Positions 13,677-27,279 of a stretch of DNA of 64,000 nt are shown one piece after another (position 1 is the stretch's first letter; the number at the start of each line of letters is the position of its first letter). The position numbers and the translations under genes are program-made. The notes beneath the pieces were generated by a model. The model made no database searches and had not been told where the DNA came from. It saw only the letters and a program-made list of their open reading frames with translations. Source of the DNA: Octopus vulgaris (taxonomy: Eukaryota); assembly GCA_951406725.2 (NCBI GenBank), contig OX597823.1, forward strand, positions 91,822,001 through 91,886,000, given 5' to 3'.

Positions 13677-14704
13677 AAGATAAATTATAATCAGGTAGAG
13701 CAATGTCTGGCGAATATGGTGTGTGGTATATTATTTCCCATTCAAACTGCTTCAGCCGTTGGAATGTCATTCTTCTTTTATGTGGCCGAGCATTTTACTG
13801 ATGGATGACCACCTTTCCTCTTGAAACCAAAGATAGTCACTTTTCTTCTAGCGCTGAGTTAAGCCACTCAAGCTGCTCACAGTAGATATCCTTCGTTATC
13901 GCTTGGTTTGGGTTTAAAAGTTCAATGTGGACTAAACCTTTCATATCCCACCAAACAGATCACAACATCTTAGGCGGGTGAAATGCTTTAGGCTAGGAAG
14001 CCGGTGTTTCTCCTTTCCTTATTCCCTGTTTTCGACACTTGACATTTTTATAGACAACCTATTTCTCGTTTGTCACTATTCAGTCCAGAAAAGGTTCATT
14101 CGTGAGACGTGACAGCAAAGAAGAGCACACATTTACCCTCTTCGCACGATTAGATTCGGAAAGTTTGTAAGGAATGCATTAACCCAATTTTCTGATTTTT
14201 CCGATGGCATACAGGTTTCGATGAATGGTTGGATGACCAAATCCAAGCTTCTCTGCTAGTTCCTCAACAGTTACGATGGGAGTTTTTTTTCACCAGGATT
14301 TGCAGGACGTCCTCGTCGAGCTCTACAGATCTTCCGAAATGAGGCTCGTCTTCTAGGCTGTAGTTTCCAGATCGGAATTCCTGGAACCACCGTTGACACT
14401 GGCTTACACTTATTGCCCAATCCCCATATACTGCATTTATATTCCTTGCACTTTCCGTTGCATTGTTGCTTTTATTGAACTAATAAAACAAAATATGTCA
14501 AATATGCTCGTTTGTCACTTCCATTAGAGCTTTGTAATAACAACTATTAAAATTGAACTGCACTCTCCAAAACTTGTACTAAGAATAAGTCAAGGTAAAA
14601 TTACTACCTGCTTTTATATCAAGCTGATGCAGGGAGTTCATCCAGTTCCCTCGGAGTTTTAATTCGTGCAATTGAAAAAAACCACATTATTCATGGGAAT
14701 ACCC
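13677..14704 (-). mobile_element. Mariner-family transposon with decayed transposase and one TIR
   Basis: Translation from the ATG at 14524: ATESARNINAVYG...CQRWFQEFRSGNYSLEDEP...CIPYKLSE...WWDMKG...NARPH...PYSPDIALPDY. The terminus abuts (TA)n. Confidence 0.9.
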
Positions 14705-14792
<88 letters not shown>

Positions 14793-14884
14793 TGGGCGTG
14801 TGTGTGTGTGTGTAAGTATATATATATATACATACGCATACATACACATATATATTTACATACAAACATTTGTAAATACATTCA

Positions 14885-15100
14885 TATATGGGTACAGGAC
14901 CCCACGGAACGTAAACAACATAAAATAAATATACAATACGAAATACAACATGGAATACGGACTTTTTTGTGAACAACGAAAGAAACAAACGGAAAACAAG
15001 ACAAGCAACACGAAAAAATGACCCTTCATCATTTGTTGGCTGTTTTTCTACTTCGTATTTCGAGCATAATTGCAAATCATGGAATAAACATATTGGCTTC
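14885..15100 (-). mobile_element. Repeat family H3 copy
   Basis: gggtacaggac start as at 3094; GAAATacgaaGTA...ATGATGAaggg on the minus strand. Confidence 0.65.
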
Positions 15101-15124
15101 GAATTTTTGCTTAAGCGCAGCATG

Positions 15125-15290
15125 TTGAGGGAGGAGTTAAATCGATTATATCGGCCCCATTGTTGAACTTCTACTTACTTTATCGACCCCAAATTCATGA
15201 AAGGCAAATTCGGCCCCGTTACGGATTGAACACATAACGTAGAGTCGGACAAAATGCCGCAAAGCATTTCACCCAGAATGCTAACTATGC
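15125..15290 (-). mobile_element. SINE family B, degraded
   Basis: tttatcgacccc...atgaaaggcaaa...aaatgccgcaaagcatttc. Confidence 0.7.
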
Positions 15291-15425
15291 ACAAAAAACA
15301 AAAGACAGAAACAGGGAAAATGGAAAAGTGCTTCACATTTCGAGCGTATACTCTGCGACAGAAAGGTATGCGAGGAAAAAATGGAGACAAAGATAGAGAA
15401 AGAAAATGTATCGGGATTAACACTT

Positions 15426-15500
<75 letters not shown>

Positions 15501-15629
15501 AAAGTGCGTTTGTAGTAGTTTGCGGGATGGCCATAACTGGGAAACCTTTGTGTCATAGGTCAACATGATCAGAGTTGAAATGTAACTAAATAGGAAAGCT
15601 GTAAGAAGAATATCAACAATATTATAAAA

Positions 15630-16410
15630 CATGACGACGACTACCGTCACCACTACCACCATCACGACCCACCACCATTACCACAAACGCCAACACAACT
15701 ACCAGAACACAATGACCATCCCCGCACCACCACATCATCACCCCCATCACCCACCCCACCATAACCATCACCATCAACCCCACCACCATCACCAACACGA
15801 CTACCAGCACCATCACCAACACCGCTACCATCACCATCCTCACTACCACATCACCACCACCTTCACAACGAAAAGCCTTACAATTACAAGAATATCCACC
15901 ACAACTACCTCCACTATTACCTCTACAACCGCCAACACCACCACCATTATCACCACCATCACCACCACCACAACTACTTCTACGACCACCAGCACCATCA
16001 CCAACGCGACCATCAGGACCACCACGACCATCATCACCACCACGACCACCACCTCCACCATCACCACCACGACCACTACAACCATGACCATCACGACGAC
16101 CACCTCGTCCACCACCTCCTCACCACGACCACGACCACGACTACCAACAATACTACTAAATTACCAGAACAACTAGCCCCACCACAATTATTTCTACCAC
16201 CGCCTTCCTCATTCCACGACCGCTTGTAAATACCAGCACAAACTCTCACCCGATGTGCCCACCACCACCACCACCACCACCAAACACCAACATCAACCGC
16301 CGTCAAAACTACGACCATATTGCCAAAATCCGAACCTACACCCACAAATATAATTACCCCCACCACCACCTCCAACACCACCACCACCACCATCACGACA
16401 ACAACAATAA
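15630..16410. repeat. Degenerate (ACC/CAC)n low-complexity tract
   Basis: Seen directly. Confidence 0.9.
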
Positions 16411-16776
16411 CAAAAGTTCAATGATTACAATGTAAATTTAGGTTTTCCAATCAATTTCATTAAATATTTAGATTTAATGAACAGCGAAATGAAACATGTT
16501 GCCACACCTTCTTCTTCTCACTATTATTATTGTTGTTGTTATTGCATTAGTAACTCTGTTAATTGATGGCTTCCTTGTTGCTACTGTTACGGCTACAGTT
16601 TGCTGTATTACTATCATTATCATCATCATCATCATCATCATTATTATTATTATCATTATTATTATTATTATTATTATTGTTATTATTATTATTATTATAA
16701 ATAGTAGTAGTAGTAGTAATAATAGTTGTAGTAATAGTAGTTGTAGTAGTAGTAATAGTAGTAGTAGTAAAAGTAA

Positions 16777-16826
<50 letters not shown>

Positions 16827-17431
16827 CTAGTAGTAAAACTGGTGCATTTTATGCAGAGTTTATTAGTAAACGCACGAAATCATGAAGATGGCGATGTTAC
16901 ATAACTTTACAAAAGGTTTCGATCGTTTCAACAATAATTGGAACCATTTCTTTCGCTTACAGATTCTTTTGTTTCCATACAAAACAACGGAATTGAAACA
17001 ATAATTAATCAATTAATTACTTGATGAGCTTTTAGTTGTTGTTGGTGTTGTTGTTATAGTAATAGTGGCTCTATTATTGTTTCATGGTTTTCTTGTCGTT
17101 CTAGCCGTAGAATTGTATGTATTTCACTTGCTTCAATCATCGGACGACTCCAATCCTTTTTATAAGGTCTGATGCTTACGCTAGCGGTCTCGTTTGCCGA
17201 ACCACTAGGTTACAGTAACGGTTGCGAAATAGTGATGGGAAACTAACACAATGCATGGACACACATACAGACTCTATATATGCGTATATATATATATATA
17301 TTCAACAACAATTGAGGAATGGCCTTAATAGGCTATTCGACCAACTAGAAAGAGCAGCCAGGACTCAAACCGCCAAGTAGTAGTAATTCAGAAATCAAAG
17401 GAAAATTTTAAAACATTTACCCTAATTCGTC

Positions 17432-17533
17432 TTTAGACAATGCATTGTTTCGGTGTTTTTAATGGCAAACCAGCTCAATTAAATTAAATTAAACTAAGTC
17501 AATCAACCAAAGGCTACACCTCATCGGTAAAAA
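17432..17533 (-). ncRNA. Type I hammerhead ribozyme (core CCGAUGA)
   Basis: UUUA-CCGAUGA-GGUGU...ACACC-GAAAC-AAUGCAUU-GUC-UAAA. Stem III is the palindrome ACAAUGCAUUGU. Confidence 0.75.
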
Positions 17534-17834
17534 AGCCAAGGAGGGACAGATATACACGAGGCAGCTGTGTATATATATATATATGAATAGCTTCGCGTAA
17601 ACCATTGGTTCGTTTTGTTCTTTTACTTTATTATCATCTTATAATCATCTCATAATAATGACCTTTATGACTCGTATTACTACCTCAATCAATCTAAATG
17701 TGTATATTTGTCGCTACCTGTCATAAATTCATAAATAGCCTTTTTTTATTTGCAATATACATTTTCGTTGATTTTTCATATTTTATCCTTACATTTCCAC
17801 GTGTATTTTATATTTTCTTTTCGTAACATATTTC

Positions 17835-17883
<49 letters not shown>

Positions 17884-18039
17884 CATACATACATACATAC
17901 ATACATACATACATACATACATACATACATACATACATACATGCATGCATACATACCAGAGTAGGCACATAAATGCGAAACAAGGTGGAGAAAGTAGTAC
18001 TTGAATACCAAGGGTAGAGTAATAGTCTTTGCTAAAAAG

Positions 18040-18126
18040 TAGCAAAAATATCACAAAAACTGTTACTCAGAGTTTCACGTTCCTGTTCGTCGGTCAACCT
18101 GACGAACGGAAAGGTTAAACTCTGAG
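18040..18126. ncRNA. Divergent inverted pair of minimal HHR-like motifs
   Basis: Minus: CCGACGA-ACAGGAACGU-GAAAC-UCUGA-GUA. Plus: CUGACGA-ACGGAAAGGU-UAAAC-UCUGAG. Confidence 0.6.
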
Positions 18127-18209
18127 AATAAGTCCTGGATTCGAGTTGCTCGACTAAAGGCGGTGCTCCAGCATAGCTACAGTCAAATGACTGAAACAAA
18201 TAAAAGAGT
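18127..18209 (+). mobile_element. SINE family A tail
   Basis: ctcgactaaaggcggtgctccagcat...aaatgactgaaac. Confidence 0.8.
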
Positions 18210-18217
18210 ATATATAT

Positions 18218-18417
18218 TTATTCTTTTATTTGTTTCAGTCATTTGACTGCTGCCATGCTGGAGCACCACCTTTAGTCGAAGAAATCGACAACATGACTTA
18301 TTCTATCGTGGTCTTTTGCCGAATCGCTAAGTTACAGGGACCTAATTACACGGACATCGCTTGTCAAGATTTGTTGTGTGTGTGGCGGGGGAAACACAGA
18401 CACAAACATATACACAT

Positions 18418-18467
<50 letters not shown>

Positions 18468-18640
18468 TCATATATATATACATATATGCAATGGGCTTCT
18501 TTCAGTTTCCGTCTACCAAATCCACTTACATAGCTCTGGTCGAAGCGAGGCTACACTAGAGCACAGACACCGGATGTGTCACGCAGTGGGATCGAACCCG
18601 GAACCATGTGATTGGGAAGCAAGCTTCTTACCACATTCGC
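18218..18640 (-). mobile_element. SINE family A
   Basis: Reverse complement of head, internal microsatellite and tail. Confidence 0.85.
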
Positions 18641-19496
18641 CCTTAAAGGGTTAACACAAGTTAGTTTTCTCTCACAACTATGAAAATATCAACCGAGAAA
18701 ACTTCCAGATTGTTCTGCGTCAGTGTAAGACACAGATCGGTATTTGGCAGGAAAACAATTGGAATTTTGGGAAGAAAATATTTTCCATTCGTCTCCATGG
18801 TTTTCCCCAGTGCCAAGGCCTGGCAATGAAAGATCCCGGTCATTTTACCTTCCATTAAGCAGGTGTAGCACACTGCGGATGATATATCAGGCTGGCTCCC
18901 TTGCAGTTTTACCTCTCAACGTGTTCCAATATAAGTTGACCACTCAATTGCATCAACAGGCTTTAGCAAAAGGGAGATCAAACACTTTTATGTCGCATTC
19001 TGCATTTCTCTGATCCATACATATGCACTACCCACCGCCACAACCACCACCATCACCACAATAATACACAAACAGATACATGCATTGGCACACAGACACA
19101 AACACACACACAAACACACATACACGCTGGTTTATAGATAGATACTTGCAACAATATTTTCAATGGCGGTTATCTACACGCTCAAACACTTCTCTCTCAA
19201 TCTACAAATTAATTTTCGCTACGTCTCTCTCTCTCTTACTGCCGCTGTGAATATCGCTCATTTCCCCTCCTCCTCCTCCTTCTCTACTTCCTCCTTCTCT
19301 ACTTCCTCCTTCTCTACTTCCTCTTCTCTCTCTCTCACCCTCTCTTCCTACGTCCGTTCTTTCACACGTTTTCTTATATAGTTGCTATCTACCTCTTGTA
19401 TTTCATCTAACTGTTTATCTATCCTTTATCTATCTTTCTACGTAGCTGGACGTACAATTGTATAATCTATCAACATGTCTGCCTAACATTGTACTC

Positions 19497-19528
<32 letters not shown>

Positions 19529-19850
19529 ACACACACATACACAAACAGAGGCACATATGTATATAGGTATATGTGTATGAGAGTTTATGCCTGTAGGTGA
19601 GTAATATAGACGTCTTACTGTGTGTCGGTATAGAACAATATACAAGTATACATACGTAAATATACACTCTCATATATGGATATATGCTTTTATATATATA
19701 TGTATGTATGTATATATAAATATGTTTGAGTGTATGTATGTAGATATATACATCCTTACTTATACACATATACATATATATTTGTATTTAAAAGGAAGGA
19801 AGTATATGTATGCACATATATACATACATCTATGCGCATATATAAAAATA

Positions 19851-20420
19851 CACACACACACATATATATATGCATATACATACATTTATGTTTATATATA
19901 TGTGTGTAAATTTATATTTGTATATATATATATATATATAGATAGATAGATATATAGATAGATAAATAGATACACATATATACATATGTATGTATACATA
20001 TGTCTGTATATAAATATATATATATATGTACATATATACATATATATATATATACATATATATACATGTGTATATATATATATATATATACATATATATA
20101 TACATGCATATTTACATACATACACTCACACACACACATATATATATGCATATACATACATTTATGTTTATATATATGTGTGTAAATTTATATTTGTATA
20201 TATATATATATATATAGATAGATAGATATATAGATAGATAAATAGATACACATATATACATATGTATGTATACATATGTCTGTATATAAATATATATATA
20301 TATGTACATATATACATATATATATATATATATATACATGTGTATATATATATATATATATACATATATATACATGCATATTTACATACATACACTCACA
20401 CACACACATATATATATATA
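19851..20420. repeat. Tandem duplication of an approximately 276-bp compound microsatellite unit
   Basis: Interruptions such as gtgtgtaaatttatatttg and tgtctgtatataaat recur 276 bp apart. Confidence 0.85.
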
Positions 20421-20427
20421 TACTTAT

Positions 20428-20480
<53 letters not shown>

Positions 20481-21044
20481 GACACAGACACACACAGACA
20501 CACAGACACATACACATACACACGAACAGATACCTTTACACACTTGGCGCTCTCGTATTTCTGCTTCCTTCTATATTCACATATCGCTGTCCAACTTTTA
20601 TATCGCTTCCTATGCTTCGTTAATACACAGAAGCGTCTCTATATCTTTCTCTCTTTATCACTCACTATCTCTGCTATAAACCTCTTCAGCTTTTAACCAA
20701 ACACCAACATATCTTCGTCGTCTCCCCGCTCCAACTGTCCCCCAACTCTTATGTTATTTCCATGAAACCACCATCAAAGCTGCCCATATTAATGCAACGC
20801 GTTGAACATATTACTGGGACCAAATTTAATCTACCGACTTGGTTAATTCTGCATTTAAAGGGACAATAAACACAGAAGGTGATTGTGAGGTTCTGCTTCA
20901 TCCTTTTTACTAACATCGTGCTAGGAAGAATAAACTAATCAGAGTGAGTGTTAGGTCAGAGGGACCTTTACTGAAGGCAGCCAATATTGTGATGTCTTTT
21001 AATATACATGCGACACAGTCTTTTAGTCTTTAAGATGCCAAACT

Positions 21045-21434
21045 TTAGCGTTCTTTGCTGCTGCTGGTGCAGTTGCTGCTGAGCGTAGTGGTCTTCTGTT
21101 GTGGGAGAAGTCCGAAACGTGGTCCTTTGCTATTCGTAAGACCCGCAGAAGAGAAAGCAGGTCAACCCCCCGACACCGAGAACATCGACAGATGGATGAA
21201 TGCGCATCCAGGCTCAGCAGTTGCGTAGGAGGTCGGGGACAGAAAACAGGAAGAAAGAGTGAGAGAAAGCTGGGGCGAAAGAGTACAATAGGGGTCGCTA
21301 CCACCCCCTGCCTGAGCTCGTGGAGCTGTAGGTGATTTCGCTCAATAAATACACACAACGCCTGGTCTGGGAATCGAAACCGCGATCCTCCGACCGCGAG
21401 TCCGCTGCCCTAACCATTGTGCCATTGCGCCTCC
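21045..21434 (-). mobile_element. tRNA-Arg-like SINE, family C, tail type 1
   Basis: Head ggaggcgcaatgg...ggttagggcagcggactcgcggtc...ggtttcgattcccagacc, shared with the 41035 copy. Confidence 0.85.
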
Positions 21435-21880
21435 ACTGCTGCTGTTGCTGTTATTGTTGTTGTCTTTGTAGACAGTGTTATTGTTGCTGTTGTTATTACT
21501 TGTCAGCAGTACGTTCAGCACCGAGGTGGTCATTGTAAAACTCAAAGAATTCCAAACATAATCACACCATATTCTTTTTGCCTGAAGCTACATTAGCCAA
21601 AGTGGTTTTCCTTTCGAAATTCGGCTGCTGTTTCTAGCAAAACTATCGAACACATAGACGTTACTGAATCGACTTGAAGCTGTTCATTGTTGTTGTTTTT
21701 GTTGATGATGATGATGTCGTTATCGTTGCTATGGTTGTTCTCAGTTTTCCCCTTCTTCATAATCTAGGAAAGCTAATTCTTAACAGCAGATGCAGTTTCG
21801 TGAAGAAATTTCTGCAAGACAATATATATTTAAACATGAAGTGCTTTCATTGGTAAACTTTTAAGGTAGTTTTTACACAA

Positions 21881-22051
21881 GGCGGAGGCGTAGCTGTGTG
21901 GCAAGCAGATTGCTTACCACTACATGGTTCCGGGTTCAGTCCCACTGCGTAGAACCTTCGACAAGTGTATTTTCTATAGGCTCAGATCAACTAAGGCCTT
22001 GTGAATAGATTTGGCAGAGACAGGGAAACTGAACGAAACCCGTCATATATT

Positions 22052-22085
<34 letters not shown>

Positions 22086-22280
22086 TGTGTGTGTGTTTCA
22101 CTTCGTACCGCTTAACAACTGGTTTTAGTGTGCTAACATCCGCGTAACGTTGCAGTTCGGCAAAAAGTACGATAGAATAAGCACCAGGCTTTAAAAGACA
22201 GTCGATTAATTCGAGTAAAATTCTCCGAGGCGTTGCTCCAGAATGGCCGCAATTCCACGGCTGAAACATATGAAAAGTAA
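21881..22280 (+). mobile_element. SINE family A
   Basis: Head atggttccgggttcagtcccactgcg, internal (TG)n, tail gctccagaatggccgca. Confidence 0.85.
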
Positions 22281-22337
22281 ATGAAATGGCAATACATTGT
22301 TAGAGATTTCACGGTGAACAGGCTAAACGTAAATAAA

Positions 22338-22790
22338 GTTTGTCCTCTCTGTGTTTAGCCCCTTGTGGGTAGTAAAGAAATATGTATTTCGTCTCCCGTT
22401 TCGTTTTGAGTTCGAATTCCGCTGAGGTCGACGTTGCTTTCATCCTTTCTTTACTACCCACAAGGGGCTAAACACAGAAGGGACAAACAAGGACAGACAA
22501 AGGGATTAAGTCGATTATATCGACCCCAGTGCTTAACTGGTACTTAATTTATCGACCCCGAAAGGATGAAAGGCAAAGTCGACCTTGGCGGAATTTGAAC
22601 TCAGAACGTAACGGCAGACGAAATACGGCTACGCATTTCGGCTGGGGTGCTAACGGTTCTGCCAGCTCGCCGCCTATAAATAATTACCAGTTACACACTG
22701 GGGTCGATGTAATCGACTTAAAAACCCTTTGTCTGTCCTTCTTTGTCCCCTCTTTGTTTAGCCCCCACTGTGGGCAATAAAGGGAATAAA
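22338..22790. mobile_element. Nested SINE family B cluster: a minus copy (22447-22675) inside a plus copy
   Basis: The plus copy breaks after catccttt and resumes at ataaataattaccagtt. Confidence 0.8.
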
Positions 22791-23348
22791 TACACGAATG
22801 CCTATGCCTATATTTAGAAAAGTACACTCAATAATGTTTATTTTAGCAAGTTTAAAGTGATTTTCTCTGCCGTAATCCATTTAGCATTTTTGTGGTGCTT
22901 CCATTACCGCGATGCCCTGATCACGTGCGTATTTTACTTAATGGATTATCCAGCCGAGTTTGCATCTGTGTTCACTGAACTGAGATTGTTGAGCATGCGT
23001 CTTGTTTCCAAGACGACCTCAGGTCACGTGCACTCAGTCTACTTAATCAGAATAAAAGGCCTAGTTGGATGAAGGTATGAAGGTGGGGAATGTAAGCCGG
23101 GGCCACTTACGCAAAAGAGTCCAGGTATTTCGGGGCAAGCTTTGAGACTACCGGGAACGTTTATCCCGAAATAACACTCTTATCTCTATATTCGGTCTTA
23201 ATTTACACCGTTCATTCTACATCATTTAGTTAACACGATCTCCTCAATCATATTTCATCACACCGACCAACAACTATCGATTAATTTGCACTTTACATCG
23301 CCCATCAATTTATTCTGTACCGCTATGTGTACATACATACATATACAT

Positions 23349-23428
<80 letters not shown>

Positions 23429-23470
23429 TTATATATATTTATATATATATATATTTATATATTTATATCT

Positions 23471-23525
<55 letters not shown>

Positions 23526-23726
23526 CATATATATATACACATACATATATACATATACACGTATACAAGAATACATATAGATATACATATGCACATGTGG
23601 GCGTATGTTCATGTCTGTATTTATGTATATATGCAGACACACACATTCACACAAACATATACATATACTTATATACATATGCGTATATGTGCGCACATAT
23701 AATGATAAACATAGCGGACTCACAGT

Positions 23727-23765
<39 letters not shown>

Positions 23766-24701
23766 GCACACACATATATATGTGTGTTCATATACATATG
23801 TGTTTATTTATTCATATATATATATAGACACACATACATACTAACATACATATATATATATATACATATACGCACACACAGACACACATATATATATATA
23901 TATATATAAATACATATATATGCATATGACTATGTATATATGCATAGTCATATGAAGATATACATACACAAACACACACACAAATAACCACAACCAACCA
24001 CGTACACTTGTGTGCGTATGTGTGTGGTGAAATTGTGTGCGTGAGAGAGTTCATATAAATCTCCTTGAATTTTCCTAACTGAATTATATCCAAATATATC
24101 TACATTTTTCTCTCTTCTGTCAATCACCTGAGGGACCTTTCTTAATTATATAATTCACGCATCTGTTTTCAGTGACAATTATTGTGCAAATATTACCTAT
24201 ATTTAGCAATATTACTGCGAGATAATAACAATAATTTTGAAGATAAGGAAGTATAAATCTACAATATTACTGAAATGTATAACTGATTACATCGATCGGC
24301 TTATTTGAGCCAATAATGGCGACACGACTTTGTCTCGACCAGACAATACTTGCAGCTAGTGTCCTTCGAACCTTCTCCTACTTGCTTATATATGTTCTAT
24401 GTATAACTTTAAACTGCTTCCGATAGTAAGACCCTGGTTCAGGAGTTCCATGTTTTCGAAGAGAGTGGAAAAATATCTTGGCCACTGCTATTCCCAAGTC
24501 TGCTATTCCCTCCCGGAGTCGCAGTACCTGTAAAATGGCATGTATCTGCCCGAGCCAGAGTACGCTGAATTTATTGGATGCGGCCCAGGATGCAGCATGG
24601 TGAATATTTCGGCAAATGAATTTATTTACCGAAATTTTCTGAGTGGATGAACAGACAACAAATTCTCAACTCCAGGATCAACCAGCTCAGTTAGCGAAAT
24701 A

Positions 24702-25329
24702 CAGTAATCCCACGCCATATCGCGGTTCACCTTTCGCGGTTCATCTCTCATGGTTTATTATTTAAGCTTACTTCGATCCCTCCGTGGTGTTGTTTTGCAT
24801 TTATAATAATATAAATTTTTACAAATCTCACAATATATAAAGCTGAAGTTGTATGTGTATGGCAGGTTTGGTAGCCTTCAACTAACACTATCTCTTCCGA
24901 GACCCTGCGGCGCAAGTTGACCAAAATTGAAAGTATGATAGAAAAAGGCTTGCGCTTCCTTCCGTAGAAGAAAAAATTCAAATCGGACCATGATAAGACC
25001 AAAAATTATTTATATAAAAATGTGCTTTTTTTCTATGAAAATCCCTATTTTTTTCGATTTTTTGACTTTTGCATTGCCATTTTTCTGTGTATTTCAACCA
25101 GAAAAATGTTCACTTGAAGAGAATAACAAGCTACATAATGCGAAATGTTTACTTTTCAAAAATTTCAATTCTAAAGGGTCGAAACAAATCCGAGCAACAC
25201 CGGGCGATACTGCAAGTTATAGAAATAATTCAAAAAGATATACAGTACAGTACTGTTTCTACTTCGCGGATTTTCACCTATCGCGGTGGGTTTTGGAACG
25301 TAACATCCGCGATAGTCGACGGATTACTG
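24702..25329. mobile_element. pogo/Tigger-like MITE with TA target-site duplication
   Basis: TA|CAGTAATCCCACGCCATATCGCGG ... CCGCGATAGTCGACGGATTACTG|TA. Confidence 0.8.
24826..25216 (+). mobile_element. Non-autonomous Helitron-like element
   Basis: 5' A|TC...atatataaagctgaag; 3' imperfect GC hairpin ccgagcaacaccggg followed by CAAG|T (a CTAG variant). Confidence 0.65.
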
Positions 25330-25639
25330 TACTGCTATCATCTGCAGTAGTGTGGTGTGCAGATGAGATAATTCAACTAGCGAAAGACCAAGGTGAATAA
25401 GACCCAAGCCAGATGTTCTTGCTGCATCGCTCGACCGAGATATCTGGCATGGAAAAATTACGTTGGTACGGGAAAGTTTTTGGACCGGATAACGATGATT
25501 GGCTTAAAAATGGTCACGTTGGATAATGTTAACTTGTGTTTTCTGCACACAAAAAAATGATGGTCAAGGATCGAACGCTTTTGATCATAGCTCCCTCAGA
25601 CTCCGGGCCCACCTTTGGTTACACAAAATTACTTTTGGT

Positions 25640-25942
25640 AATCATTCAAAAGATTGATTACAGGTTAGCTTGGGAAGGTAAGCAGTTGGGGACGATGAAA
25701 AAAGTAGCAGTAGTACCAATAATTGTCGGAGCCCTGGGAACAGTGAGCAAGAATCTGGAGAGATGCGTGGAACAAATAGGGGCTGCAATAGGGGTGGAGC
25801 ACTTGCAGAAAACAGCACTGCTTCGAAACGCTCGAATACTCTGGAAGGTGCTCGAAAAATAAGGGGTGTTACCTTAGTTCACTGGTAGTGAACAGCTGAC
25901 ACTGTAGTAATCTCCAGCATTAGAAGCTGTGCAAAGGTAATC
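25640..25942 (+). mobile_element. 3' end of a Dong/R4-clade restriction-like-endonuclease retrotransposon
   Basis: VVPIIVGALGTVSKNLE...LQKTALLRNARILWKVL* followed by a short UTR and (TAA)n. Confidence 0.8.
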
Positions 25943-26021
<79 letters not shown>

Positions 26022-26567
26022 TAATAATGATGATGACGACGACGACGATGATGATGAGGAGGAGGAGGAGGAGGGGGAGGGGGAAGAGGAGGAGATGGGT
26101 AATAATCATTGTTTTTGTAAATAATGCTTAGCTTGTCTGAATCGAGGATCATTGATGATATTTGGTAAGCAAAAGAGACACAAATTCATTGTAATGATGA
26201 AGTGAGGAAGAAAATTCTTGCATTGAAAATTGTTTTTGCAACTTGACTGATTTGGAGATAATGGCGATCATCGATGAAAATCAGGTGATAGAAAAACATT
26301 GTGAAGAAGAAGGAAACGTTTCTATAATTACAACTTTATTGCGATAGATATTCCTGTAGAGTTGGTGTACATTTAGCTTAGCGGTCATTGTTATATTACA
26401 TAAAGCTGTGTATGGAAATACCGAAACGTAAACGCGATTTACATGGAAACACGAAAACTTATTGCAAAAAAAATAAAATAATAGCAAGAAATTGCATCCA
26501 AGAATCTAGAAATTTAGATTACTTTTAGGAATTTTAATAATCTTAATCTTAACAACTGAAATTGATT

Positions 26568-26569
<2 letters not shown>

Positions 26570-26642
<73 letters not shown>

Positions 26643-26651
26643 CCTACCTAC

Positions 26652-26746
<95 letters not shown>

Positions 26747-26783
26747 CCTACCTACCTATCTATCTATCTATCTACCTACCTAC

Positions 26784-26823
<40 letters not shown>

Positions 26824-26824
26824 A

Positions 26825-26866
<42 letters not shown>
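26570..26866. repeat. (TATC)n microsatellite
   Basis: Seen directly. Confidence 0.95.
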
Positions 26867-27279
26867 GGAAGTGCTCGGAATTGTGTAGAATTTGACGACA
26901 TGGCAACGACAGTAAACACGCAGTGAAATAAGTGTTTTGTTATTTTTAGTCTATATATCACTTTGATCTCTCCATCGTTGCTCTACATTTCATTTATGGC
27001 AGATGATGTTTGTCAAATTAATATTTGACGGAAGAAGAAATCAATTCGCTAGCAGAAAAGCATTTTGTCTTGTGCGGTGTTTCTGTGCTATCAGCAGCCA
27101 ATTATTTGGAGTTCATTAACAAAGCATATTTGGGGTGAAAAGTGTTGGATCAATCATCAGAATAGCTCTAACAAAGAATAGTTAGCGCATTTGTAAGATC
27201 TTGCAATCTTACACTTAAACCCGAAGAAATGTAAAGTTAATGCTTTCTTTCAGAATCTCTTCAGGATTACGTGTAGGGA

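Noticed and set aside
15631-16176. Thr/His-rich mucin-like ORF
   Set aside because: Degenerate (ACC)n tract with no signal peptide or splice support.
21090-21125. CTGTTGT-GGGA-gaag-TCC-GAAACGT, antisense in a SINE tail
   Set aside because: No stem I and no NUH triplet.
24430-24480. IFPLSSKTWNS on the minus strand, resembling a CR1/L2 ORF2 end
   Set aside because: Too short, with no supporting motifs.
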